Below, piece by piece: positions 10,440-20,442 of a DNA stretch of 64,000 bases. The translations under genes and the position numbers were made by a program. The notes under the pieces were generated by a model. That model did no database searches. It was not told the DNA's origin and saw only the letters and a list, made by a program, of their open reading frames with translations. How positions within the stretch are numbered: the stretch's first letter is position 1; each line of letters starts with the position of its first letter. Source of the stretch: Candidatus Adlerbacteria bacterium GW2011_GWA1_54_10. Lineage in GTDB: Bacteria > Patescibacteriota > Minisyncoccia > Phycocordibacterales > SBAW01. The stretch is from NCBI GenBank assembly GCA_001004665.1, contig LCRO01000003.1:63984-127983 (forward strand), in the 5' to 3' direction.

Positions 10440-11157
10440 CATCTATCGACTCGAAACGAATCAAGTCTTCCCACATTACTGTGGGGATTGGACTATACCT
10501 TCATCCCTAAATTAGGGAGACCGACGTGTAGTCTCTACGGGGTCAGCACTCGCTTAAGGCGCTTCTTTGAGTAATTTAACTCACCGAAACGATCTATCAT
10601 TTTCATCAACTTTTTGAACTCTCGTTCAGACTTTATAGTCTGTCGATACTCGAGAATCTCAAGCATTAGCTTTATTTGCTCCCGTTTTAGAACCGAATGT
10701 GGTTCTACAGCAATTAAAAATTCTTTAATTGCATCGGTCTTGCCAATAATGTATTCGATAACTCCGTCACTGCGCTCCCGGATATACCCGGACCCCACAA
10801 GACCACATAATTTTTCGAATAGCTTTTTAGCCTTTTGCGATTGAAAAAATACCACATACGGCGCAACCTGAAATCCATACTTATAGGTAGAATTAGGTTT
10901 GAGCCGCACATAAATACTTCCGTCGCCGTCTAAAAAGCCGGCAAGATATGCTTTGGTTGTTGACGAAAGCGGTTGCATGACTTCCCTCGGTATTATCCTA
11001 CCATACGACAGGTTAGGATTCCACCGATATAGTCGGTTTCTCACTGTGGATTACTCCTCAGTGCCGCCGTGAACATTCTTAACAGTGTGGTTCCAAACGT
11101 CACCACGTTTCCTCGCGGGTTCAGACAGTTCAAATTCCAAATTTCTTTAGGACCTGA
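10440..11157 (-). mobile_element. Group I intron at 23S position ~L2593
   Basis: Splits ...CAGACCGT|CGTGAGACAG, the I-CreI-type site. Exon ends in U and the intron ends in G. P7 elements GAGACTA and TATAGTCC are present. Confidence 0.9.
10535..10978 (-). CDS. Single-motif LAGLIDADG homing endonuclease (I-CreI-like)
   Basis: AYLAGFLDGDGSI motif; 147 aa inside the L2593 intron. Confidence 0.93.
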   Translation of the reverse strand: MQPLSSTTKAYLAGFLDGDGSIYVRLKPNSTYKYGFQVAPYVVFFQSQKAKKLFEKLCGLVGSGYIRERSDGVIEYIIGKTDAIKEFLIAVEPHSVLKREQIKLMLEILEYRQTIKSEREFKKLMKMIDRFGELNYSKKRLKRVLTP

Positions 11158-11736
11158 ACGGTCTGAACCCAGCTCGCGTATCTTTTTAAATGGCGAACAG
11201 CCATACCCTTGGGAGCTTCTCCACCCCCGGGATAAGATGAGCCGACATCGAGGTGCTCTAATGCGGATGGTCGGTTCACTATGTCCTGCTTTCGCACCTG
11301 CTCGGCATTTACGCCTTGCAGTCAAGCTCCCTTTTGCCATTACGCTATCGGCACGGTTTCCATTCGCGCCTAGGGAACCTTAATGAACTCCTCCGTTACT
11401 TTTTAGGAGGATAGCGCCCCACTAAAACTGCCCACCAGATAATGTCTCGAACGCGTTTTGCGCGTCCGGTTAGTACATACAATTTTACAGAGTGGTATTT
11501 CACTGACGAGTCCGCGGCGCCCGAAAGCACCGCCTCAACCTCTCCCACCTATGCTACGCAACAAAGCCGCATGCACAATATCAAGCTACAGTAAAGCTTC
11601 TGGGGTCTTTTCGTCTAACTGCAGGTAACCGGCATCTTCACCGGTATTGTATTTTCACCGAGCGGTACTCCGAGACAGTTCCCCAGTCGTTACACTATTC
11701 GTGCGCGTCTGAACTTACCAGACAAGGAATTTCGCT

Positions 11737-11934
11737 TTTCGCTTCCTGTGGGCGAAGGACCATGTCTTCTTCCGTTCTGGAAGCACGGCGTATGGTCTCT
11801 TATGTGAGCCGCGTGTTTTTTAGGACCTTCTACATATTCCTATGTAGAGAAGTAGCTTTTTGTGTAACTTTTTCGCTATTTACCCGATTCTGTAATAGTC
11901 CTAGTCCTTCCCTGCTCGATTGCTCAAGCAGAGA
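11737..11934 (-). mobile_element. Minimal ORF-less group I-like intron at 23S ~L1931 (198 nt)
   Basis: Splits CCTAAGGT|AGCGAAATT. R/S elements AGAGACCATA and AAGACATGGTCC can form P7. Confidence 0.8.
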
Positions 11935-13312
11935 ACCTTAGGACGATTATAGTTATCGCCGACATTCACCAGGGCTTATATAGCTCGGCCCTCCAATCTT
12001 GCGATCAAAGGACGGGCCATATTTGACCTTCTGGCATTGGTCAAGTGTCACCTCCTATACATCCCCTTACGGGTTCGCAGGAAGCTGTGTTTTTGGTAAA
12101 CAGTCGCCAGGGATACTTTCGCTGCGGCCGCGCTCGCGCGCGGCAGGCCTTATTCCGAAGGTACGGCCGATTTTTTGCCGAGTTCCTTGGAGTACTCTCA
12201 CTCGTTCGCCTTGCTCTACTCGAGCTGCACACCTGTGTCGGTTTGCGGTACGGTCGTACGACCCATATAGTTTAGAAGTTTTTCTTGGAAGCCTCTTCGC
12301 AGTGGTCCTCTCAGGCGAACCTGAAAGTGCCCCGATGCTTCGACAGCGCAAAGCGGATTTTCCTGCCTTGCAAGTCTTCGGCTACGGACGCCAATCCAAT
12401 AAGGCGCCACTGTTTATGTGCTCCGTCCCTCCATCACTGAGTCGCCGGTGTGGGAATATTAACCCACTGTCCATTACCTGCGGCTTTCGCCATCGGCTTA
12501 GGACCGACTAACCCTACTCTGATCACCGTTGAGTAGGAAACCTTGTGCTTTCGGCGTGCGGGGATCTCACCCGCATTGCGGTTACTTGTGCCTGCATTCT
12601 CACTTCGCAACGCTCCACTGCGGCTCACGCCTTCAGCTTCATCGCGGATGCGAACGCTCTCTTACCACTCGTCCTTTGATTGCTCTCAGGACGAATCCTC
12701 AGTTTCGGTACTACGTTTTAGCCCCGATTATCTTCGGCGCGAGATCTCTCGATGAGTGAGCTGTTACGCTTTCTTTCAATGATGGCTGCTTCTAAGCCAA
12801 CATCCTCATTGTCTTCGAGACTTCACCTCCTTGTGATGCACTTAACGTAGATTTTGGGACCTTAACTTGAGATCTAGGACTCTTCTCCTTTTGTACGGTG
12901 GAGCTTAGCCCCCACGTACTAACTGCCGCATAACGCAAACGGTATTCGGAGTTTGATAGGATGAGCGAGCTTTCGCCCTGTCTCATCCTTCCAGTGCTCT
13001 ACCCCCGTCTGCCAATCAATGCGACGCCAGCCCAAAAGCTGTTTCAGAGAGAACCAGCTATTACAAGGTTCGATTAGCTTTTCACTCCAACCCACAAGTC
13101 ATCCGAGAGTTTTGAACGGCTCAACGGTTCGGGCCTCCGCGCTATTCACGCTCGCTTTCGCTACACCTCCGCCCTAGCGGGCTTAAGTCTATGCGGCATA
13201 CGGTAACTCGCAGGCTCATTCTTCAATAGGCACGCCGTCGAGGCTTCGATTACTCTCGGCCTCTTCGACTCTTTGTAGACATATGGTTTCAGATCTATTT
13301 CACTCCCCTTCC

Positions 13313-13358
<46 letters not shown>

Positions 13359-14158
13359 TTTGAAAGTATGTAGCCTTACCGGTTAGTTCCGGCAAATTCA
13401 CTCAAGCCATTCGTGTCTTGAGCTACTCAAGGACATTGCAGAAGTTGCTGCAGTTTCGCCTACGGGGCCTTCACCCTCTTGGGCCGCGCTTCCCAGCGCG
13501 TTCGGCTACCGCAGCAATTTGTAACTTCTTGGCCATTCGATTTCTCTCAGGCCTATCAATGCCTTATAACCCTGAAAATTTCCCGAACCCCTCGAACTAC
13601 CAAGGAGTTTGGGAAACTTTGCAGTTTGGGCTCACATTCGCGTTCGCTCGCCGCTACTGACGAAATACCTATTGGTCTCTTTTCCTCTCGGTACTGAGAT
13701 GTTTCACTTCCCGAGGTCTGCTCCCCGCATTACTGCGGGGTACTGGAGATTTCGCTCCAGTGAGTTTCCTCATTCGGACATCTCCGGATCGAAGGTTGCT
13801 TGGCACCTCCCCGGAGCGTATCGCCGCCACGCCGCGTCCTTCATCGCCTTTCAAAGCCAAGGCATCCACCATACGCCCTTATTAGTTCCAACCTCTTTTG
13901 GGAGATTGAGAACCGCAATAATCTGTTGTTTATAAGCAGAAATGCTGCGCATTTCTGCCAATACATTTGTTACCTACCCACCTCCATAGCGCACAAAAAG
14001 ACCCACACGAAGTGCGCCGCGTGGTGGAATTTAGTTGTTAAGGTACAAGATACGCGAGAACAAAAAAGCCGCTTCTCTCGAAGCGGCGCACGAAAACCCG
14101 CGGGGGCTACCGTTTCCGCTTCGGCGTTTTTTTGATGGTCGACATATCTATGTCTCGC

Positions 14159-14186
14159 ATTATATACGCTACGGTCTGGAAGTCAA
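14159..14186 (-). promoter_or_regulatory. sigma70 promoter of 23S-5S unit
   Basis: TTGACT-16 bp-TATAAT, with boxA-like TGTACCTTAACAA at 14035-14047. Confidence 0.8.
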
Positions 14187-14212
14187 ATGAATGTGCGAGT
14201 CCAATCGAGAAC

Positions 14213-14256
14213 ACAAAAACCCTCCCCGTGCCGACCGGCACAGGGAGGGCTTTTGT
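14213..14256. terminator. Rho-independent terminator (bidirectional-type)
   Basis: ACAAAAACCCTCCCCGTGCCG-A-CCGGCACAGGGAGGGCTTTTGT. Confidence 0.7.
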
Positions 14257-14278
14257 GTAAGACCTGTGGACAGACCGG

Positions 14279-14965
14279 CTATTCCTTTCCTTTGATGTCG
14301 GAGCGAACGCGATCGATAAAACGCCCGGCCGCATCCTGGCCGCCGAGCCCGAAGGCAAGCCCGAAGGCTATGGACAGCGCGACCACAACGCCGGTAAATA
14401 TCGTCTGAACGAATGGCGTTACACCAAGCGTGTCGAGTGCCGCAAGAATGGCAAAGACCCAAATGGCCCAGCGCGCCATCGTGCCGGCAAATCCGGCCGA
14501 GCGCACGCCGGCCGCGCGCGCCGCGCCCGCGACAACTCCCTGCGCCACCTCTGCCACGACCGCCGCCACAACCACTATAAGCGCCGCGATAATTACGCGC
14601 GCGAGGAACGGAAGAAGCCCGAGCTGGATAAATAGCGTCACCTGCGTGAGGCTGAGCGCCTGCAGAGAAGCAAGCAGGAAGACGATTATCACAAACCACT
14701 TCACCAGCGCGCCAAGAAAGGCACCCGAGTTGAGCGAGTAGCCAGCGCGGTTAACAATTTCCTCCACGCCAGCGCTGCGCAGTGCGGCATCCACTCGGAT
14801 GGCCTTGACGGCCTCCATTACGACACGCCCGAGCAGAGAGGCTACGAACCAGCCTATTACGAATATTATTACCGCGAGAAGCAGGTTCGGGATGAAGTTG
14901 ACGACTCCCCACAGCAAGTTGTTGAAGGACTGCTGAAGGACCGTCGCCCAATTCTGCACTATCAT
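14279..14965 (-). CDS. TM-helix repeat membrane protein (CmpX/MscS-associated type)
   Basis: FIPNLLLAVIIFVIGW repeat and C-terminal AFGLAFGLGG. Confidence 0.8.
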   Translation of the reverse strand: MIVQNWATVLQQSFNNLLWGVVNFIPNLLLAVIIFVIGWFVASLLGRVVMEAVKAIRVDAALRSAGVEEIVNRAGYSLNSGAFLGALVKWFVIIVFLLASLQALSLTQVTLFIQLGLLPFLARVIIAALIVVVAAVVAEVAQGVVAGAARAAGVRSAGFAGTMARWAIWVFAILAALDTLGVTPFVQTIFTGVVVALSIAFGLAFGLGGQDAAGRFIDRVRSDIKGKE

Positions 14966-15065
14966 ATGTAAATTCCAATAATTACTAAACTATTAAATAT
15001 CGACTCCCTAATTGTGGGGTTAAATCCACATATTTTCCACAACAATATCCACACCTATGTCCCGA

Positions 15066-15647
15066 CTATTTCAGGCCAATATTCAGGCGGTCGAAGACGA
15101 TCTTGTGCTGGTAATCAAGGATATCGCGCACCAGCTTGTCGTTCATGTTCAGCCGGTAAAAAAAGTCATCGCTGGAGAGGAGCGAGTAGCGCAATTCCTT
15201 GCCCAGTTCGGACTCCAGATTCTTGATGCGCGAGCGCAGCTTTTTTTCCTTGACGCGGTCGCCTACGATAAGAACATCGAGCGCGCTCTCCCACTCGCCG
15301 ACAAAAATGCCGGCGATGATAACGAGCTTGATGCCGCCCGCTTTGCGCACTCGCTCGTAGATGTCCGCGCCGCGCTCGGGAGCGTTCAGCAGCAGGCTCT
15401 GCAGAGCGGCCAAATATCCAAAATCGGAGTTCAGCAGATAGCGCGCGCCGCGGCTCCTTGAACGCGCGCGCTTTATAAGCCGCACGCTGGCGAAAAGATT
15501 TATCTCCTTGCGCGCGGTGCGCTCCGGCACCCGAGCTCTCTCCGCCGCCTCGGGCACCGTAAACTGTCTGCCGGGGTTGAACAAAAACAGGCGCAAAAGC
15601 TTGAGCCGCGCCATGCTCCCGAATAGCTTCTGCAGGGGATCGGTCAT
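15066..15647 (-). CDS. HTH plus degenerate nucleotidyltransferase-like protein
   Basis: N-terminal LFGSMARLKLLRLF HTH-like region and ALDVLIVGD motif. Confidence 0.7.
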   Translation of the reverse strand: MTDPLQKLFGSMARLKLLRLFLFNPGRQFTVPEAAERARVPERTARKEINLFASVRLIKRARSRSRGARYLLNSDFGYLAALQSLLLNAPERGADIYERVRKAGGIKLVIIAGIFVGEWESALDVLIVGDRVKEKKLRSRIKNLESELGKELRYSLLSSDDFFYRLNMNDKLVRDILDYQHKIVFDRLNIGLK

Positions 15648-15765
15648 ATAAACAAGCGCATTCTAACCACAAACCGCCGTATGATGCAATCACAAAGAAA
15701 GCCCCGCTTTTTGCGGGGCCTCCTTACCAACAGTTATCTCTTAAACAGCCGGACTTTGCCAAAAG

Positions 15766-16134
15766 TTACTTAAGCTCCACCTTGCCGCCCGCGGCCTCTA
15801 CGGCCGCTTTAAGCTTGTCGGCGTCCTCTTTCTTCATCCCTTCCTTAAGCACGGACGGGACGGCATCAACCAAATCCTTAGCCTCCTTTAGCCCAAGCCC
15901 AAGTGCGTCCTTGACGGCCTTGATGACCGCGACTTTCTGCGCGCCGGCCTCCATCAAATGCACATTAAAGGCCGACTTTTCCTCCTTCGCTTCGGCACCA
16001 GCGGCCGGCGCGGCCGGCGCGACAGCGGCGGCGGAAACTCCGAACTTCTCTTCAAGAGCCTTCACCAGCTCATGCAACTCTATGACCGAGAGAGACTCCA
16101 CCTTTTCTATAATTTCATTGAGTTTTTCTGCCAT
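15766..16134 (-). CDS. rplL: 50S ribosomal protein L7/L12
   Basis: [11 protein letters not shown] and [11 protein letters not shown] motifs. Confidence 0.98.
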   Translation of the reverse strand: MAEKLNEIIEKVESLSVIELHELVKALEEKFGVSAAAVAPAAPAAGAEAKEEKSAFNVHLMEAGAQKVAVIKAVKDALGLGLKEAKDLVDAVPSVLKEGMKKEDADKLKAAVEAAGGKVELK

Positions 16135-16136
16135 GT

Positions 16137-16649
16137 TTATCTTTTTTTCGCCACCTCATTTAATACGACGGCGAGTTTTTGTATAGGACCGTTAATTGTA
16201 TATACGAACTGCGCCCGCAAGACATCTAGGCCCGGTATCGCGGCAATGGAGATTATGCCATCCTTGCCGACATATTTGCCTTGGAAGACACCGCCGGCGA
16301 AAGCAAGACCGCCGCTGAACTTTTTGACGAATGCCGCAAGCTCGCGCGCGGGAGCAAGCTCGTCGTCCTTGCCTGCCGAAGCTCCGGCGAAAGCCGGGCC
16401 GTATGCAAGAGCTATCTCTCCTTCAAGCGCGGGCGGCTCGCCCTGAAACTTTCCTTCAAGGCCGCGCTTCAGCAAAGATTTTTTGGCCACCGTGTATCCG
16501 ATGCCCTGCGCGCGCAGTGCCCTGCGCATCTCGGACTGCTGCGCGACAGTAAGCCCTTTAAAGTTCGCGAACACGAGCGTTTTTGCCTTGCTCGCGATGT
16601 CGCGCACTTTTTCCACTATTTCGCTTTTTTTCTGCTTTGTTATTGCCAT
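16137..16649 (-). CDS. rplJ: 50S ribosomal protein L10
   Basis: [22 protein letters not shown], located upstream of rplL. Carries a ~10-aa repeat-derived insert. Confidence 0.95.
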   Translation of the reverse strand: MAITKQKKSEIVEKVRDIASKAKTLVFANFKGLTVAQQSEMRRALRAQGIGYTVAKKSLLKRGLEGKFQGEPPALEGEIALAYGPAFAGASAGKDDELAPARELAAFVKKFSGGLAFAGGVFQGKYVGKDGIISIAAIPGLDVLRAQFVYTINGPIQKLAVVLNEVAKKR

Positions 16650-16682
16650 ACGAACAAAAAGAAAAAGCCCATAAGGCCCGTA

Positions 16683-16765
16683 AGTCGACCAACTGCGCAG
16701 GAGTTCCGATGTATTAACCCCTTCTCCGCCGTCTGGCGGATCAGGGTTCCTGCGGTCTTCGCGGC
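16683..16765 (-). promoter_or_regulatory. L10 ribosomal-protein leader
   Basis: AAGACCGCAGG...CCTGCGCAGTTGGTC stem upstream of rplJ resembles the L10 leader. Confidence 0.6.
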
Positions 16766-16778
16766 CTGTACGGGAAAT

Positions 16779-16919
16779 CTACCTTGGCGCGGCGACGTTG
16801 TCAATCGGACCCTGAAAAAGCTGCGAGCCTGCAATGTACATAACGCCGAAGGCAAGCGCGATGATCGCGACAAAGCCCATGAAAAATCTGAAAAATGTTT
16901 TGGTAAAATAACGCTCCAT
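16779..16919 (-). CDS. Small single-TM protein (46 aa)
   Basis: MERYFTKTFFRFFMGFVAIIALAFGVMYIAG, preceded by TGaTATCAT 7 nt upstream. Confidence 0.6.
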   Translation of the reverse strand: MERYFTKTFFRFFMGFVAIIALAFGVMYIAGSQLFQGPIDNVAAPR

Positions 16920-16932
16920 CATGAAAATGATA

Positions 16933-19071
16933 TCACAGCCTCCGAAGTTCATCCCACCATACCGCGTCGCCCAGGTCGGTCCTGGATACGTTGGCGTCAA
17001 GACGTATGGTGTCGATGGGAATTCCGTTTTGGATATTGTCGTTGACTTTGGTGCTAAACCACGAACAGGAAACCGGATCCGTCCGGTCCGTGAGCAGGCA
17101 AAACTCTTTAAGGCCGGCCGGTCCTTCCCTCCAGAATATCGCGTACTGGTGCCACGCGTCGTCATCGGGTATGTCGTCCAATATATGCACATACTCTCCG
17201 TTCTCAGAAGGTCCATAGCTGATGAACATGTCGGGTATCGCCGTTCTAAAACCGATGTGTCTGCGGCCGCGTATGGTAAAACCGCCCTCGAGTACCGGCG
17301 TGCCGGTCTTCGCGATTACATTAAATCCGGTTTGCGCTTTTATACAGGCATTCGAGTAACAATTTTCGGAAGTCGTTGCATATCGCGTGTTTATCTCGCT
17401 CCAGCCAAGCGAATTAAAGTTGTCGAAAGAGTCTTCGAACGGAGCGTCATGGAATTCGGTTGTCAGAGCGGGCGTAGATGTCGCTTGTGATGATGGGTCA
17501 GTCGAAGTTGCGGTCGAGGTAGCGGCGGCATCTGTTTGCGAAGTGCTTGTTGCGGTTGCCGTCTCCTGCGTGCTTGTCGCAACTTCCGGCGTACTGGTGG
17601 CGGTATCAGGAGTGCTTGTAGCCTCCTCCTCGGCAGCCACCGCGGCCTGCTCCTCCTGCGCCGGAGGAGGCGGCACGTGCAATGCGCCGCCGGTGCTGGG
17701 CGAGGATTGCGGAGGAGGTGGGGGCTCCGGCGGAGGCGGGGTCATCTCGGGAAAGGGCGTCGGATTCGGTATTGGCTCGATTGAAGTTTCTTCAACTTCC
17801 GGTGTCGCGGACGCGGGCGACTCTTCAAGAGGCGTCTGCGGCGCTTCGGACTCCTCGCCCGCGACAATGCCGGGTTCTTCGATTTTTTGAGGCGCCGTGT
17901 CTCGCGCGATTTGCGGCGGGACAGTAACAGGCGTAGGTTCCGGTTCGAGCGCGGGAGCAGTTGCGACCGAGGCGCCAAGAAGCTCGTCATATTCTTCCTG
18001 ATTCAGGCTCGAGCCGTAGAGCTTCTTAACAACCTTAAAGCTCTTGCTCGCCGTTTCTTTAAAATCCAGTTCCGCCTGGCTGACGTTCTTCGCCTTCAGT
18101 TTTCCGGCCTGCCTTTCTTTTTCCGCTTCTTTGAAAAACAGATCGATTACCCCAACCCCGCTTTCGATCGCGCGTTTTGATAACACGCGCCAGTAATCAG
18201 ATGCCACAGAGTCATTTTCATCATCAAATTTTATTTCAATTTCTTTAATAAATTCTCCGGCTTTTTTATTAATTCGTACTTCTGCACGAGCAACTTTGTG
18301 TCCGAATCTGGAATATACAAATCCATTTTTTATATCCAAACTATCCAATATAGGAGAAGAGTAATTTTTAAACAGAGTATCTTTACTCAAAAAATTTTTG
18401 TTCGTAAACTCCGCGGTAAAATCAAACGCTTCGGAAAGACCAATAAAGTTTGGGGTTTGTAGATTGTTTGGAACGGCGACTTGGCTAAATTGACCCGTAA
18501 AATTCTCGTAGGGGTCCGCGTCACCGTAGCCATTGTGGTTAAGATGCGGATCGTTGCGCACATGCGCCGGCACCGTCGCGTCCTGCAGTAAATGCAAAAT
18601 ATGCCCCAGCGTTTCTGCGGCGCGCGCTTTGTCGCCATAAACATATTCATATACGGCCCTGTCCCACGAGTAGTCGGTGGGCGAGCTAAACCATTTGTCA
18701 TTATAGCCAACATGCGTGCCAAAGCAGATAATGGTGCCCCAGCAGTTGTAATTCCCCTGCGCCTCGGTATCCCGCGCCCACTGCTTTGACGACTCGAATT
18801 CTCCTCTCCAAACAGTCAATCCACGATTATTTACCGGGTCGTAGAAGTGGTTTGTCGGGCGTGAGCCAAAATCCTCTCCCGAGCTCCCGCGAACAATTTC
18901 CCTATCGAACATCGAGACAAAAGTTCCGCTGTGCAATTGCCCGTATGCCTCAACGGTCGCCCGCGCAAGCGCCTCGTGCGTATTTGTCTCGTATGCCCAT
19001 GCAAAAAACGGGGACATAATCCCCGCTAACAAAATCAAACTTTTCAAAATCAAAGCTCGAGTATTTTCCAT
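16933..19071 (-). CDS. Secreted Zn-dependent phospholipase C/S1-P1 nuclease-fold protein with Pro/Thr stalk and C-terminal beta domain
   Basis: Signal peptide then AYETNTH, NHFYDP and LGHILHLLQDATVPAH metal ligands, followed by a long PEP/TATST linker. Confidence 0.75.
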   Translation of the reverse strand: MENTRALILKSLILLAGIMSPFFAWAYETNTHEALARATVEAYGQLHSGTFVSMFDREIVRGSSGEDFGSRPTNHFYDPVNNRGLTVWRGEFESSKQWARDTEAQGNYNCWGTIICFGTHVGYNDKWFSSPTDYSWDRAVYEYVYGDKARAAETLGHILHLLQDATVPAHVRNDPHLNHNGYGDADPYENFTGQFSQVAVPNNLQTPNFIGLSEAFDFTAEFTNKNFLSKDTLFKNYSSPILDSLDIKNGFVYSRFGHKVARAEVRINKKAGEFIKEIEIKFDDENDSVASDYWRVLSKRAIESGVGVIDLFFKEAEKERQAGKLKAKNVSQAELDFKETASKSFKVVKKLYGSSLNQEEYDELLGASVATAPALEPEPTPVTVPPQIARDTAPQKIEEPGIVAGEESEAPQTPLEESPASATPEVEETSIEPIPNPTPFPEMTPPPPEPPPPPQSSPSTGGALHVPPPPAQEEQAAVAAEEEATSTPDTATSTPEVATSTQETATATSTSQTDAAATSTATSTDPSSQATSTPALTTEFHDAPFEDSFDNFNSLGWSEINTRYATTSENCYSNACIKAQTGFNVIAKTGTPVLEGGFTIRGRRHIGFRTAIPDMFISYGPSENGEYVHILDDIPDDDAWHQYAIFWREGPAGLKEFCLLTDRTDPVSCSWFSTKVNDNIQNGIPIDTIRLDANVSRTDLGDAVWWDELRRL

Positions 19072-19580
19072 TTGTTAGTAAATGGATTTTTGGTCAGGCG
19101 AACTCCAAAGGCTGTATTTTCGTTTTGAGGAAAAACTTCTATTTCATAAATACCGGACGAACCAACTCCAGATGGAGGAACTAATCTCCCATTATGATAG
19201 GCATTAATAAAGAACTGATTTGAACCTAATTTTAATTCTTTTAAATTTTCCTCTTGCTTCTCCACCACAAAATACTTCGACGCCAAAACAAAATCCTCCT
19301 TCTCCAACGCCTCTACAAACAATCGCAAAGTTTCCTCCGGCGTAGCGCCGCCGTAGGCGTCGGCGCGGTAGGCAGCTTCAAGGTTCCCGGACTCGGCTTC
19401 CATCCTCTGCCATTCCTCCCGCGCAAGAATATTTTGCATGCGCACCACGGCTTGGTCGCCAACCCACTCGAGATAATTTCTCGTAAAAATGGTCCCTATG
19501 ATAAGGACAAGAACCCCGATCCAAAACTCCCACCGCTTGAATATCAGCTTCCTCTCCCCTTCCGGCAATGAGTCATTCAT
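19050..19580 (-). CDS. Membrane-anchored hypothetical protein overlapping the PLC-like gene
   Basis: One TM helix, YGGATPEETLRLFVEAL, and a 22-nt overlap with the downstream gene. Confidence 0.75.
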   Translation of the reverse strand: MNDSLPEGERKLIFKRWEFWIGVLVLIIGTIFTRNYLEWVGDQAVVRMQNILAREEWQRMEAESGNLEAAYRADAYGGATPEETLRLFVEALEKEDFVLASKYFVVEKQEENLKELKLGSNQFFINAYHNGRLVPPSGVGSSGIYEIEVFPQNENTAFGVRLTKNPFTNKWKILEL

Positions 19581-19619
19581 CTACAAATTTTACCATCATA
19601 GACTTATCCACAGTTTTTC

Positions 19620-20392
19620 TTGCGAAGGTCAGACCTTCGCAAACCGTTCTCCTGTATAAGATTTTAACAATTCTTCAAGATCATTTTGAGTCCTAAGGAA
19701 ATCTGGGGCTTGGTCAGAAGAAAGGACTGCGCCTTCCGGTCGATTACCCGAGATGTAGTCATAGAAACTTGAGTAGCGGTAAGAATGCAGGAAATTTCTC
19801 GCCGTATTTCCATCCGTTATACCTATTTTTTCCCAATCTGGAAAAACCAACGAAAGAGGATTGAGATGTACATAAGCAAATATGTAACGGAAATAGGGCT
19901 CGTCGTCTACATGTCTACTTTTAAATGCTCCTTGTGCAATAATACCGCTGTGTTTGTGGAGAATATTGAAATACATCGAGTAGCCGGTGAAAACCTTTCG
20001 GGTAAATTTTGATATCCCACACTCTTTTTTCTCGCGTAAAACTAGATGGAAGTGATTAGGCATTAAACAATATGCGAATATATCCACAAGTGATTTGTCT
20101 GGTTTTTCCTCTTTGAAAATAACCGCGGAATCAAAGCCTTCGTACTTTCTTAATGTCTCACGGACATCTACTCTACAATCGCTGTTTGATAAGTGGAGAA
20201 GCAAAAGAAAACGCTTATAATCCGAATCGGTTGTGAAAATGGATTGTTTATGGGCACCTCTATTATAGAGATGATACATTTCTCCAACTGCAAAGGGAGC
20301 ATCTTTTCTCATAAGTTGCGAAGGTCTGACCTTCGCAACTCCATCGTAACATTGAAGATGAACGAATCATATGCGAAGGTCTGACCTTCGCA
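19620..20392. repeat. Three REP-like palindromes TGCGAAGGTCWGACCTTCGCA (19620-19642, 20314-20340, 20372-20392)
   Basis: Perfect hairpins read directly from the sequence, flanking the RAYT gene. Confidence 0.9.
19629..20312 (-). CDS. REP-associated tyrosine transposase (RAYT, Y1 HUH)
   Basis: YHLYNRG, YCLMPNHFHL (HUH), YVHLNP and YSS motifs. Confidence 0.92.
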   Translation of the reverse strand: MRKDAPFAVGEMYHLYNRGAHKQSIFTTDSDYKRFLLLLHLSNSDCRVDVRETLRKYEGFDSAVIFKEEKPDKSLVDIFAYCLMPNHFHLVLREKKECGISKFTRKVFTGYSMYFNILHKHSGIIAQGAFKSRHVDDEPYFRYIFAYVHLNPLSLVFPDWEKIGITDGNTARNFLHSYRYSSFYDYISGNRPEGAVLSSDQAPDFLRTQNDLEELLKSYTGERFAKV

Positions 20393-20442
20393 AGAACTGT
20401 GGATAACTTTCGATTCGCGATGTTTAGTCTTGCGATTGCCCT

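Larger units (their letters stand above)
19604..20406. mobile_element. RAYT cassette delimited by ~36-bp inverted repeats (DnaA box + REP palindrome)
   Basis: Left end TTATCCACAGTTTTTCTTGCGAAGGTCAGACCTTCGCA; reverse complement of right end TTATCCACAGTTCTTGCGAAGGTCAGACCTTCGCA. Confidence 0.7.

Noticed and set aside
14107-14160. Short ORF MRDIDMSTIKKTPKRKR
   Set aside because: It overlaps the -10 box and leader of the 23S promoter, with no support for translation.
15014-15052. oriC
   Set aside because: Only degenerate boxes in ~100 bp, with no dnaA/dnaN nearby and no clear unwinding element.
19620-20392. Palindromic repeats as a CRISPR array
   Set aside because: Only three copies, irregularly spaced, flanking a RAYT, and no cas genes.
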